A stretch of 64,000 bases of DNA from the human T2T-CHM13v2.0 reference genome, Homo sapiens: the NCBI RefSeq assembly GCF_009914755.1, contig NC_060936.1; one strand, given 5' to 3'. Shown in pieces: positions 13,914-29,688 of the stretch; position 1 is the first letter of the stretch; each line of letters begins with the position of its first letter. Both the position numbers and the translations under genes were made by a program. The notes under the pieces were generated by a model. It searched no databases and was not told the DNA's origin. It was given only the letters and a program-made list of their open reading frames with translations.

Positions 13914-16830
13914 GCGAGATTAACCAAGAAAAGAGAGAATATCCAAATAAGCTCAATTAGAAATGAAATGGGAGATACTACAATAGATATCACAGAAATA
14001 GAAAAGATCATTCAAGACTACTTGAACACCTATATGCTCACAAAGTAGAAAAACCTAGAGGAGATAGATAAATTCCTGGAAATATACAACCATCCTAGAT
14101 TAAACCAGGAAGCAATAGAAACTCTGAGCAGATCAATAACAAGCAGTGAGATTAAAATGATAATAACAAATCGCAAACAAAAGATGTTCCAGGACCAGAG
14201 GAATTCACCGCTGAATTCTATCAGACATTCAAGGAAAAACTGGTACCAATCCTATTAACATTATTCCAAAAGATAAACAGGGAATCCTCCCTAAATCATT
14301 CTATGAAGCCAGTATCACCCTAATACCAAAACCAGAAAAGGGTATTTGAAACAAAAGAAAACAAAAAACCAATATCCCTTATGAACATAGATGCAAAAAT
14401 CCTCAACAAAATACTAGTTAACTGAATCCAAAAGCACATCAAAAAGGTAATCCACCATGATCAAGTGGGTTTCATACCAGGGATGCAGGGATGGTTCAAC
14501 ATACACAAATAAATGTGATACATCATATAAACAGAATTAAAAACATCATCTCAATAGACACAGAAAAAGCATTTGACAAAATCCAGTATCCCTTTATGGT
14601 TAAAATCCTCAGTAAAATTGGCATAGAAGGGACATATCTTAAGGTAATAAAATCCATCTAAGACAAACCCACAGCCAATATTATACTGAATGGGGAAAAA
14701 GTGAGAGCATTCCCCCTGAGACCTGGGATAACACAAGGATGCCCACTCTCACCAATTCTATTCAACATAGTACTAGAAATCCTAGCCAGAGCAATCAGAC
14801 AAGGCACAGAAATAAAGGGTATCCAACTCAGTAAAGAAGAAGTCAAACTGTCACTGGTCACCAATGATATGATCATATACCTAGAAAAGTATAAAGACTG
14901 ATCCAAAAAGCTCCTAGAACTGAAAAAATGAATTCAGCAAAGGATCAAGTGACAAAATCAATATATACAAATCAGTAGCACTGCTATACACCAACAGTGA
15001 CCAAGCTGAGAATCAAATCAAGAACTCAACTCCTTTTACAACAGCTGCAAAAAAAAAAAAAAAAAGGGAAAAAGAAATACTTAGGAATACATCTAACCAA
15101 AGAGGTGAAAGATCTCTACAAGGAAAACTACAAAACACTGCTGAAAGAAATCATAGATGACACAAACAACTGGAAATACATCACATGCTCATGAATGGGT
15201 AGTATCAATATTGTAAAAATGACAAATCTACAAATTCACCAAACTAGAAAAAACAATCCTAAAATTTATATGGAGTCAAAAAAGAGCCTGCATAGCCAGA
15301 GCAAGACTACTCCAAAAGAATAAATCTGGAAGCATCACATTACTTAACTTCAAACTATACTATAAATCTGTAGTCACCAAAACAGCTTGGTACAGGTATT
15401 AAAAATAGGCACACAGGCCAATGGAACAGAGTAGAGAACCCAGAAATAAAGCCAAATACATGCCGGCTTGATCTTCAACAAAGCAAACAAAAATATAATG
15501 TGGGGAAAAGATATCCTATTCAACAAATAGTGCTGGGATAATTGGCAAGCCACATGTAGAAGAATGAAACTGGATCCTCATCTCTCACCTTATACAAAAA
15601 TCAACCCAAGACGAATCAAAGACTTAAATCTAACACCTGAAACCATCAAAATTCTAGAAGATAATACTGGAAAAACCCTTCCAGAAATTGGCTTAGGCAA
15701 AGAATTCATGAACAAGAACCCAAAAGCAACTGCAACAAAAACAGAGATAAATAGATAAGACTCAAACTAAAAAGTTTCTGCACAGCAAAAGAAATAATCA
15801 GCAGAGTAAACAGACAACCCACAGAGTGGGAGAAAATCATCACAAACTATGCATCTAACTATATAAACAAAGGACTAATATCCAGAATCTACAAGGAACT
15901 CAAACAAATCAGCAGGAAAAAACAAACAGTCCCATCAAAAAGTGGGCTAAGGACATGAATAGACAATTCTCAAAAGAAGATACACAAATCACCAACAAAC
16001 ATATGAAAAATGCTCAACATCACTAATGATCAGGGAAATATAAACCAAAATCACAATGCAATATCACCTTACTCCCAGAAGAATGGCCATAATTAAAAAA
16101 TTAAAACATAATAGATGTTGGCATGGATGTGGTGACAAAGGGAACACTTTTACACTGCTGGTGGAAACTGCTAGTACAGCTACTATGGAAAACAGTGTGG
16201 AAAGTCCTTAAAGAACTAAAAGTAGATCTACCGTTTGATCCAGCAATCCCACTTCTGGGTATCTACCCCGTGAAAAAGAAGTCATTATATGAAAAAGACA
16301 TTTGCACATGCATGTTTATAGCAGCACAACTGGCAATTGCAAAAATATGGAACCAGCCCAAATGCCCATCAATCAACAAGTGGATAAAGAAAACGTGGGG
16401 TGTGTTTATGTGTGTGTGTGTGTATACATATATATATATACACACACACACATATATACACAATGGAATACTACTCAGCCATAAAAAGGAATGAAATAAT
16501 GGAATTCACAGCAACCTGGATGGAGTTGGAGACCATTACCTTGAGTGAAGTAACTCAGAAATGGAAACCAAACATTGTATGTTCTCACTTACAAATGGGA
16601 GCTAAGCTATGAAGATACAAAGGCATAAGAATGATACAATGGACTTTGGGGACTCCAGGGTAAGGGGTGGGGATTGAAAGATAAAAGACTATGCATTGGG
16701 TACAGTGTACACTGTTTGGATGATAGGTGCACCAAAATCTCACAAATCACCACTAAAGAACTTATCCATGTAAGCAAACACCTATTTCCCAAAAAGCTAT
16801 TGAAATAATACATAAAATAATAGTAATTTT

Positions 16831-17254
16831 AAAAATAAGCAGAAGACCATTAGTCAGAGGCTGTCTCTGCACTATGAGTTGCTACATGATGAACCATAAC
16901 CTAATTTGGTATGTAAACAAACCAAAATGTAACTTAGGAGTATAACAGCCAAGTTTCAGCTAATCACAAGCAGCCAGGTTTCAGTCAATTATAGGCAGCC
17001 AGCTTTTCACAACATGCCCAAATAAGGCAAAAGCCTTATCACACTATGCCCAAATAATATAAATACCTCATTGTAGCCAATCAGATGGTTTCTCGACTTT
17101 GCTTCCATGTTGAACCAATAAAAGCTCACTGCTCATGCTGCTGGGCAGAGCTCTCTGAACCTCTTCTGGTTCTGAGTGCTGCCTGATTCCTGAATTGGTC
17201 TTTGTTCAATTAAGCTACATTAAATTTAAATTGTCTTAAGTTTTTCTTGTAATA
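16831..17254 (+). mobile_element. ERV1 MER4-group solo LTR (MER57/LTR54/MER93-like); its first bases lie at 10452-10467
   Basis: CCAAT-like boxes (agccaatcag), aataaaagctcactgc, tail ctctctgaacctcttctgg...tttttcttgtaata; the terminus tgttaaaaata lies upstream of the L1PB. Confidence 0.65.
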
Positions 17255-17389
17255 AAACTATGAATCAAGAATCCTATTACCAAGCAAGATATCACTCACA
17301 TGTAAGAAAATAAGTATGACAATTATAGACATGTAAGGGTTCATTTACATTATTTAAAAATTACTCTAAAAAGCATTTTAAGTAACTCA

Positions 17390-19160
17390 AACCACTTCAC
17401 ACATACTATGAAAACCTTAGAACAGTATACTTTCATTTCCTCCTATCATTTTTGTGCTGTTGTTGCCATATATTTTAAGTGTACATGTTAGAAATCACAC
17501 AATACATTTTATTATTTTTACTGTACACAGAAGATTTTAATCTCCTTTAAGAAGATTAAAAACAATGAGACAAATTTCTCTTACATTTATGCACCTATTT
17601 ATCATTGTGGAACCTTTCATTTTTTGGTAGAGCAAACTTTCCATCTGATATCATTTTTGCCTTTTGCCTGGATAACTTCCTTTAATCTTTCTATGAGAAA
17701 GATGTGTTTACAGTGAATTCTGTCTGTGTTTGTCTGAAAAGCTTTTACCCTACCTTCACTTATGAAATATAATTTAAATGCAAATAAAATTATAACTTGA
17801 TAGTTTTTTCTTTTAGTGTTTTAAAGATATCATTTCATCACTTCAGACTCACAGAGTTTATAAGAAAAAGTCTGGTTTTATTCTTTTATACATAGTACTC
17901 TGGTAAGTAATATACCTTTTTTCTCTGGCTGCTTTTAGGATTCTTCTTTACATCACTGATTTTCAATAATTTTATTTTAAATATGACTCAATGTGGCTCC
18001 TTTAAGTTTATTTTGCATACAGTTTATTCAACTTATTGGATCTGTGGGCTTAGAGTTTCCATCAAATGTTGAAAATTTTCAAACATTATTTTCTCAACTA
18101 ATTTTTCTACTTTCTTCCCTCCCTTTCAGGATGTCAGTTACACATAGCTTAGTGGCTGAGTTGGTCACTGCTCACTGATGCTCTGTTCTATTTTTTTTCA
18201 ATCCTTCTTCTTTCTGTACTTCATTTTAGTTTCTATTGCTAGATCCTCAAGTTCACTAATCTTTTCTGCTTCAGTCCTATCTCTGTTATTAATCTCATCT
18301 AGTACACTTTTCATTTCAGCTATCATATTCATTATCTCCAGAAGTTCCACTTGAGTCATTTTTTTCTTACACTTCTCTCCTCATGCTCATGTATCCCTTT
18401 ATGTGCTTGAGCATTTTATAACACTGTTTTATATATACATAATATAACAGCTATTTTGTAAACAGCTTTGCTGCTAAATCTATTGTCTCTGTTTCTACTG
18501 ATTTATTTATTTTTCTCCAGGTTATGGCTTCTTTACACACAAAATAATTTTTTACTGTTTGGTGAACATTGTGAATTTTACATTGTTAGGTGCCAGATTT
18601 TGTTATATTCTTTATAACCAGGACATAGTTAATTAATATGCAGATCAGTTTCATTACTTTGAGGCTTCCTTTAAACTTTGTTAGGATAATTCCAGAACAA
18701 TCTTTTTTCAAGGCCACATTATCCCCATTATTAAGGAGAGACTCTTCTGAGTACTCTTCCAGTGCCTTGTATCTTACAATTTAGGTCTCTTCTTTTCACT
18801 GTTGGGAATATAAAACATTCCCCACTCTGTGGGAGCTCTGAGAACCGCTGAGTATTGCTTTTCAGTGGGTCCTTCCCCAGCCTCACTGTGTGCAGTTCCC
18901 ACCTCTCCAATACCCTGAGCTACAAATCCTAGCAAATTCAAGCTACCTGAAATCTAAACTCTGTCTCCTCATCAAGAACTCTCTCCCTGCTTTGTAGTCT
19001 ATAAACCACCTTCAAACACATAGGTGGGTAATTGTAAGGCTCACCTCATTTGTTTCTCTTATCTCAGAATTTACAGACATGTATCGCCTAATGGCCAACA
19101 ACTGAAAACATCTGTTTTATATACTGTGTCCATTTTTCTAGTTCTTTACAGTGGAAAGGA
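17390..19160 (-). mobile_element. Old L1M (MB-MD class) antisense fragment
   Basis: Typical antisense L1 ORF1-region motifs (ctctggctgcttttagga, tcctcaagttcactaatcttttc). Confidence 0.7.
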
Positions 19161-19232
19161 TATTCCCAAAATAACAAATGCCTCTTGATGAGAGACTGAT
19201 CGTTTTCGGAAAATATCAATATAAAGAAAAAA

Positions 19233-19540
19233 GGCACCAAGGACTGTGTCTCAAGCCTGTAATCCTAGCACTTTAAGAGGCTGAAGTGGGAAGATCACTT
19301 GAGGCCAGGAGTTCGAGACCAGCCTGGGCAACATAACAAGACTTGGTCTCTAGAAAAAAACATAGCCAAGTATAGTGGTGCACACCTGTAGTCCAAACTA
19401 CTTAGAACTACTTAGAAGGCTGAGGTGGAAGGATTGCTTGAGCCCAGGAGTCCAAGGCTGCAGTGAGCTATGATTGCACCATCACAATCCAGCCTGGGTG
19501 ACAGACTGAGATACTGTCTCTAAAATAATAATAATAATTA
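19233..19540 (+). mobile_element. AluJ
   Basis: Diverged Alu with J-type ggattgcttgagcccaggag...gctatgattg, a (taa)n tail and an internal 10-bp duplication actacttaga. Confidence 0.9.
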
Positions 19541-20072
19541 CATGAGCAAGTGCTAAATTTAAAAAAAAAAAAAGAGAGAAAATGCAAGTTACAAAAGTTG
19601 TGAATTTCTTACAAGTAATATATTTTAAGGGTTCCATTGTGTATAAAAAAATTACCTATGTGATCTTGGACTAGTTATTTAGACTTTTTAGCCCTAAAAT
19701 CATCTCAATTCAAATTTTCCTCAAACTGAAGAAATTTTCTTCCCCCAATTCACAATCCTCTACTTCCTCATCTTCAATGTTCCTACATTACACTATTGTA
19801 AATATCCCCTATTTGATATTTTGGTTTCTAGTTTTAAACTATTCAAATCCATCTTTCACTCTACCACTAGATTATTCTATTTAAAACACAAAACATGTCT
19901 TATTCATGTTTGAATTCCTAATAATTAGACTGGATTGTTAAGACAAATCTCTCTAAGAAGATCTCTTTTAAGATGAAACCAGGCTAACAATTAGAGCCAG
20001 CCATGTAGAGATTAAGAACCAGGCAGAGGGATCAAATAATGCAAAGAAGAATACAAGAGTAAGCTTAGTGCG

Positions 20073-22611
20073 TGTGGCAGGCAGAATTTTAAGATGGCTC
20101 TAAGATTCCTACTCTCTGATTTACACACCCTGTATATTAATCCTCCCCTCACATGTCAGCTCAATCTGTGAATAATATGCAACATCACTCTTGTGATTAT
20201 GTTATGTTACCTGGCCAAAGAAGTTATGTAGATGTAATCAAGCTGGGTTAGCTCAAGTTAATCAAAAGGGAGAGTATCCTGGCTGAGCCAGACCTGATCA
20301 GGTAAGGATCAGGTCTGCTCACCTGAGGTCAGAAAAATTCATCTGCTGGCTTTAAGAAAGTTAGCAGTCATGCACTGAGACAGCCATGTGGCTAGAATCT
20401 GAGACCAGCCTCAAGTTGAAAGCAACTCTCCTCCAATAGTCTACAAGACAATAGAGGCCTCAGTTCTACAACCTCAGAAGTGAATTTAACCAAAAACACA
20501 TGAGCCTGGCAGAGAACAACTGAACTTCAGAGGAGACCACAGTCTTAAAAGACAACTTGATTGCAGCCTTGTGAGACCATGTACAGAGGACCTGTTATTA
20601 GTCCATTCTCACAATGCTATCAAGAAATACCCAAGAATCGATAATTTATAAAGGAAAGAGGTTTAATTGCCTCACAGTTCCCCATTGCTAGGGAGGCCTC
20701 AGGAAACTTACAATCATGGTGGAAGGCAAAGGAGAAGCTGGCACTTTCTTCACAGGGCGGCAGGACAGAGTGAGTGCAAGCAGGGAAATGCCAGATGCTT
20801 AAAAAGCCATCAGATCTCATGAGAACTCACTCACTATCATGAGAACAGCATAGGGGAAACCGCCGCCATAATCTAATTACCTCCACCTGGTCCCAATCTT
20901 CACTCATGGGGATTATGGGGATTAAAATTCAAGGTGAGATCTGGATGGGGACACAGAGGCAAATTATATCATTCCACCCCTGGCCCCTCCCAAATCTCAT
21001 GTCTTTTCACACTTCAAAACCAATCATGCCTTCCCAACAGTACCCTAAAGTCTTAACTCATTTCAGCACTAATTGAAAAGTCCACAGTCCAAAGTCTCAT
21101 CTGAGACAAGGCAAGTCCCTTCCACCTATAAGCCTGTAAAATCGAAAGCAAGTTAGTTACTTCCTAGATACAATGAGGGCACACACATTGGGTAAATATA
21201 GCCATTCCAAATGGGAGAAAAAGGAGCTACAGGCCCCATGCAAGTCTGAAATCCAATGGGGCAATCAAATCTTAAAGTTCCAAAATAATCTCCTTTTGAC
21301 TCCACGTCTCACATCTGGGTCACACTGATGCAAGAGGTGGTCTCCCATGGCCTTAGGCAGCTCCACCCCTGTGGCTCTGCAGGGTACAGCCCCCATACTG
21401 GCTGCTTCCACAGGCTGGTGTTGAGTGTCTGCCGGTTTTCCAGGTGCACAGTGCAAGCTGTAAGTGGATCTATGATTCCGAGGTTTGGAGGATGGTGACC
21501 CTCTTCTTGCAGCTCCACTAGGCACTGCCCCAGTGGGAACTCTGTGTGGAGGCTTCAACCCCACATTTTCCTTCCCTACTGACCTAGCAGAGGGTCTTCA
21601 TAAGGGCTCTGCCCCTGTAGCAAACTTCTGCATGGACATCCAGGCATTTCCCTACATCCTCTGAAATCTATGCAGAGATTCTCAAACCTCAATTCTTGAC
21701 TTCTGTGCACCCATAGGCTCAACACTATGTGGAAGACACCAAGGCTTGGGGCTTGCACCCTCTGAAGCAATGGACCAAGCTGTACCTTTGCCCCTTTTAG
21801 CCATGGCTGGAGCTGAAGCAGCTGCGATGCAAGGCACCATGTTCCAAGGCTGCACAGAGCAGGAGGGCCCTGAGCCCACCCTACAAAACCATACTTCCTC
21901 CCAGGCCTCTGGACCTGTGATGGGAGGGCCTTCTATGAACGTCTCTGATATGCCCTGGAGACTTCCTCCCCATTGTGTTAGTGACTGACATTCAGCTCCT
22001 CACTACATATGCAAATTTCTGCATCAGGCTTGAATTTCTCCCCAGCAAATGGTTTTTCTTTTCTATTGCATTGTCAGGCTGCAAATTTTTCAAACTTTTA
22101 TGCTCTACTTCCTCTTGAACACTTTGCTGCTTAGAAATTTCTTCCATCAGATACCCTAAATCATCTTTCTCAAGTTCAAAGTTCCACAGATCTCTAGGGC
22201 AGGAGCAAAATGCTGCCAGTCTCTTTGCTAAAGCATAGCAAGAGTGACCTTTACTCTAGTTCTCAACAAATTCCTCATCTCCATCTGAGACCACCTCAGC
22301 CTGGATTTCATTGTCCATATCACTATGAGCATTTTGATCAAAGCCATTCAATAAGTCTCTAGGAAGTTCCAAACTTTCCCACATTTTCCAGTCTTCTGAG
22401 CCCTCCAAACTGTTCCAACCTCTGCCAAAGTTCCAAAGTTGCGTCCAAATTTTCAAGTATCCTTGTAGCAGTGCCCCACTCTCAGTACCAGTTTAGGACC
22501 CAGTTAAGCTATGCCTGAACTCCTGACACACAGAAACTGAGATAACAAATGGGTGTTTTTTAAATCATGAAGTGTGTAGTAATCTGTTACACAGCAATAG
22601 AAAACTCATGG
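20073..22611 (+). mobile_element. MLT1 (E/F-like) LTR split by a THE1D element
   Basis: Starts tgtggcaggcagaatt; left part ends cagaggacc (20592), right part resumes ggacccagttaag (22496) and ends gcaatagaaaactca. Confidence 0.8.
20593..22495 (-). mobile_element. THE1D-like MaLR: 3' LTR (20593-20971) plus internal region (20972-22495), no 5' LTR
   Basis: Antisense LTR tgttattagtcc...tatatca, then ~1.5 kb of THE1-int ending cccactctcagtaccagttta; 5-bp TSD ggacc (20588-20592 / 22496-22500). Confidence 0.9.
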
Positions 22612-22619
22612 AATATGTT

Positions 22620-24220
<1,601 letters not shown>

Positions 24221-24420
24221 GTATCCAGCATACTATTGCAATAAAATTAAAGCTGACCTTATCTGATTCTACCTAACTGAATTTTAATGCTAAATAAAGC
24301 CAAAACTTTAGCCAGTTCAGGATAGTCATCATATACATGATGGCAAAATGAATGTTAAAAAATAAACAACTACATTGAGAGAAGATACCAGGCATCCAGA
24401 GTTATTCATAAGTTAAATGA

Positions 24421-24760
<340 letters not shown>

Positions 24761-24834
24761 TTTTTTGGACATTTTTATTCAAAGTTGTGAGTACCAATAA
24801 TTTTCTATAAAAGCATTAGAATTGTCAGACTATG

Positions 24835-25132
<298 letters not shown>

Positions 25133-25434
25133 AGAATTGTCAGACTATGGATGGACTTACCCTCTATTTTCCAACCATCTGTAATATTTCTATATGGAGT
25201 TTCAACAAAAAGTAATGACATTAAACATGATACTGTAAAAGATAAATAAAACCTCAGCTGACCAAAGCATCATAAATGTAATATCTTAAAATAATAAGAG
25301 CATAATTATATTAAGACCTACAGAATTATCCATGTCTAGTGAAACATAAAGTAACAATTTTAAGACTAAAATTGTAAAGAGTTAATGGTTTTCAACAAAC
25401 ACATACCAAAAATTAATAATTAATTTTTAATCCA

Positions 25435-25670
25435 TAGAATTTTAGACCATAAAAAGATCTTACATGTTATTTTGCTCAACCTATTCCTAGTGCCAAACTT
25501 CTTTCTTCAGCATCTCTGGGAAATCTATGCTTCAGCTTGAAAATGTCCACTAAGAAGCTCATGCTTTCTCAAGGCAAGTACAGTGGAACAGCTTTCATAT
25601 ATTAAGCTAAAACCTGCCTCTCCCAAACTTCCACTCATTAATCTTAGTTTTGTCCTTGGAATGCATACTT
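25435..25670 (-). mobile_element. L3/CR1 fragment
   Basis: cagcttgaaaatgtccac...aagctca...aggca and aacctgcctctcccaaacttccactcatt...tagttttgtcc resemble the antisense CR1 3' region. Confidence 0.45.
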
Positions 25671-26313
25671 AGAAAGCTCTGAAATTAAAGGAACAGGGTC
25701 TTTACAAAGCAAACTGTTTGCTTTCAAACTTTTGTTACTAGGAATATCTCAAAGTGGGGGGGAAATAGTGCTTCTGTGCTTAACAAATGAGCTCTGTTTA
25801 TAATCAAAAAAGTAAGGTTTACATAAATTATTTATTATCAGGAAATCCCTAAATTCAGAAGTAGCCTATAGAAGTTGACGTTTTAACAAATTACTAAAAT
25901 CAGCTTTTGTTTTGTTATCTGATGTGGTCAAAGTGTTATGCATGGCTAGATACAAATATAGCAAAACTTCAAACTCACTTCCTCTTTTCTTCTAATTTAA
26001 TATTTACTGATTAAATCAAATTTTAATATGCACTTGCTTCTGCAGTAGAACAGATATCTCATAAAGACAAAACTCCCACTGAACGTAGTGGTAGTCATCA
26101 GTGCTCACAGTCTAATGTGCACTGCAAAAACATGTAGAGAAAAATCCATTAAACTACATTGGCTATTGATTCTTTTCTCCTGAGAAGTTCCAGCCAGAAT
26201 TCATTGCTATCACTGTCTTATGCATGGTGGTGCCTCACTAATGAAAGATTCAGATTTTTTTAAAGGGTCTACCTGGCCTAAATAAGATATGCCACTTAAA
26301 ATTAGATTCATAA

Positions 26314-26808
26314 TAAACCAAACACCGCATGTTCTCACTTACAAATAGGAGCTGAACAATGAGAATACACGGACACAGGGAGGGGAACAACACTCACTGG
26401 GGCCTGTCGGGGGAGGGTTGGGGGAGACAGAGCATCATGATAAAGAGCTAATGCATGCAGGGCTTAATACCCAGGTGATGGGTTGATAGGTACAGCAAAC
26501 CACCATGGCATATGTTTACCTATGTAACAAACCTGCACATCCTGCACATGTATCCCAGAACTTAAAATAAAATAAAACTTTTTTAAAAGATGGTAACAAT
26601 AGACACTGGGGACTACTAGAGCGCGGAGGGTGGAAGGGGAGCAAGCATTTAAAAACTACCTACTGGGCACTATGCTCACTACCTGGGTGGAGGGATCACT
26701 TGTACCCCAAAACTCAGCAAAGCACAACATACCCATGTAACAAACCTGCACATGTACCCCTTGAATCTAAAATAAAAGTTGAAATAAAAAATAAATTAAA
26801 AAGAGAAA
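26314..26808 (+). mobile_element. Two tandem L1PA 3'-UTR fragments (26314-26589 and 26590-26808)
   Basis: Each ends in a gtaacaaacctgcaca...aaaataaaa L1 terminus; the pair is flanked by tagattcataa. Confidence 0.88.
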
Positions 26809-26989
26809 TTTTTTTTAAGTAGATTCATAAATTTCACAATTTATAAATTAATACATATATGGTTCGTTGTTCATCTCATGATAAAATCACTTGGAAAAAC
26901 TCCAAATGTCATTAGGAAGATACCTATAAGATGATGTAGAGTCATTTTATGGAGTCTACGATATATTGTTAAGTGAAAAACAAAAGCTT

Positions 26990-29315
26990 CATATCATTCC
27001 TACTCGATTTCAAGGTGTACTATAAAGCTACAATAATCAAGACAGTGTGGTATTGGTGAAAGAATAGACAAACATATTAGTGGAACAGAATAAAATCCAA
27101 AAATAAACACATACCAATACGCTCAAGAGAACTTTGACAAAGTAGCAAAGCAAGTCAATGTAGATAGCGTTTCAACAAATGGTGCTGGAACAACTGAACA
27201 TCCACATGTAAAAAAAAAAATTAGACACAGGTCTTACACTTTTCACAAATTAATTCAAAATGGATCATAAGCCTAAATGTAAAATGAAAAGCTATAAAAC
27301 TTCTAGAAGATAACAGGAAAAAAATCTAGATAGTGTTGGGTTTGGCAATAACATTTTAGGTGCAACACTGAAAACATGATATATAAAATAAAAATTGATA
27401 AATTAGACTTCATTTAAACTTAAATTGAAAAATTCTGCTCTGTGAAAGATACTCTTAAGAGAATGAAAGGACAAGCCACAGACTTGGAGAAGATCTTGGC
27501 AAAACACATATCTGATAAAGGACTGGTATTCAAAATATACAAAGAACACTTAAAATACAACATAAGAAAACAAATAACCCAATTTTTAAAATGGGCAAAA
27601 GATCTTAACAGCTACTTCACCAAAGAAGATATACAGATGCCAAATAATTGCATGAAAAGATGCGAATACCATATGTCACTAGAGAACTGCAAACTAAAAC
27701 AACAATGACATACCACTACGCATCTACCAGAATGACTAACATATAAAACACTGACAACACCAAATGCTGGTGAGGATGTGGAGCAACAGGAACTCTCATT
27801 CATTACTGTGGAAGTGCAAAATGGTACAGCCACTTTAGAAAACAGTTTGGAAGTTTCTTACAAGCTAAGCACAATCCTACCATGTGGTCTAGTCATCACA
27901 CTGGATTTATTTCATTTGAGAATTTATCCAAATGAAAATAAACCCACAGAAAAATCTGCACAGGAATGTTTATAGCAGCTTTATTCATAATTACCCAAAC
28001 TTGGAAGCAACTAAAATGTCTTTCAGTCAGTGGAACAGATAAACAAACTGTGGTATATCCATGCAATGAAAAATTATTCAGTGGTGAAATGAAATAAGCT
28101 TTCAAAGCATGAAAAGACATAAAGAAACCTTAAATTTATATTACTAAGTAAAATAATCCAGTCTGAAAAGGCTACTTACTGTATAATTTCAACTATATGA
28201 CATTCTGAAAAGGCAAAACTATGGAGACAATGAAAAGATCAGTGGTTGCCAAAGTTCTGGGGGATAAAGCAAGGGATGAATAAGGAGACCACAAAAGGTT
28301 TTTAGGGTAGTGAAACTATTCTATATGTTACTGTAACTGTGGCTACATGACATTATGGATTTGTCAAGAGCCACAGAACTGCACAACACAAAGAGTAAAA
28401 CCCTATATAAACAATGAACTTTAGTTAATAATAATGTATCAATATCAGTTGAACAATTTTAACAAATATACCACATTAATGTAAGATGTTAATAACAGGA
28501 GAAATGGGAGAGGTAGCAGGTATATGGGAACTCTGTACTTTCTGCTAAACTTTTCTGTAAACCTAAATTTACTCTAAAAAGTAAAGTCTATTAATTTTTT
28601 TAAATCTATAAGCAAAAATGTATGCATACATAGCATGCTTTTGATTAAGAAAAACGGGGCAGAAAACATAGGAAGGATAAACCAGAAAAACGTTAGATTA
28701 CCTATATGGGGTGGGTAGAAAGAGCAGAAGGTATAGGAAAGAGGTAGGATTTCTCTGAGTATACCTGTTTATATAGTTTTGATGACATATTAATATTTTA
28801 TATAATAAAAACAAAACTAAATCAACAAGAATGTTGTGGAAAGTCCTTATAATTTGCTAAAAACAAAAACATATAAACCTAATTATATATCAAATAGATA
28901 ACTATATAGAATAAAATAAAAACAAATTAATCCAAGAACGTTTTGAATACAATACTGTTTCCACCCTCAGTGGAAATATTCTAAGGACCAAAATAACCGC
29001 AAATAAACCTTGAATTTCACTTGGTAAATTTGGTGGCATTGCTGGTATTGTACAGCAATTTAAGTGTGTGTGTGTCCGTGTGTGCATGTGTGTTGCACAA
29101 GCACATGTACATGTGTTAAAAATGAGTAAATAGGCGGTTACACTGACACTATTGGGAACTGGGATTTTCACCATGAAAGAAAGGAAATACAAATATGGAT
29201 TGAGGAACAGACAGAATTTGTGGCTGAAGAGAATAAATCCATGACTTAAGAAAAAAAAATGCTTTCTACCATTACCTACTAAAAGGTTCCCGAAGCAATA
29301 ACACTCTACAGCAAA
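26990..29315 (+). mobile_element. L1MB/MC-type ORF2 3' part and 3'UTR, plus an adjoining older L1M tail
   Basis: tataaagctacaataatcaagacagtgtggtattgg, tgctggtgaggatgtggagcaacaggaactc and a long L1MC-like 3'UTR. Confidence 0.85.
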
Positions 29316-29639
29316 CAATAAGTTCCTTTGCTATATATTTAAGCCTCGGGTTTATGAATCTAACATTGCGTCTTATCTGTAGTTGGGACATGCTGTTTCA
29401 TTCTTGGAAAATTTCTTTTTCCTCTTTTTTACCTGCTTAATGCTTACTCATTCTTAATGTTTCAGCTAAATATGACTATTTCTGGAATATAATAAATTAC
29501 CATCGATTTCTCTCCTTAAGGCCTATGATGACTTCACACTACTTAATAGATATCCAGATATACACACTCTGCCCATGGTTTTCTTTATCAGATTGTGCTG
29601 GACTATCTTATCTAGCTTGTTTTCTTCCTACTGCTGTTC

Positions 29640-29688
29640 TGTGTGTGTGTGTGTGTGTGCACGCACGTGCGCAAGCACATGTGCGTGC
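29640..29688. repeat. (TG)n / alternating purine-pyrimidine tract
   Basis: tgtgtg...gcacgcacgtgcgcaagcacatgtgcgtg; similar tracts at 29063-29115 and 29850-29898. Confidence 0.9.

Noticed and set aside
21265-22456. Cluster of GC-richer ORFs
   Set aside because: These are fragments of the decayed THE1 internal ORF and its antisense frames.
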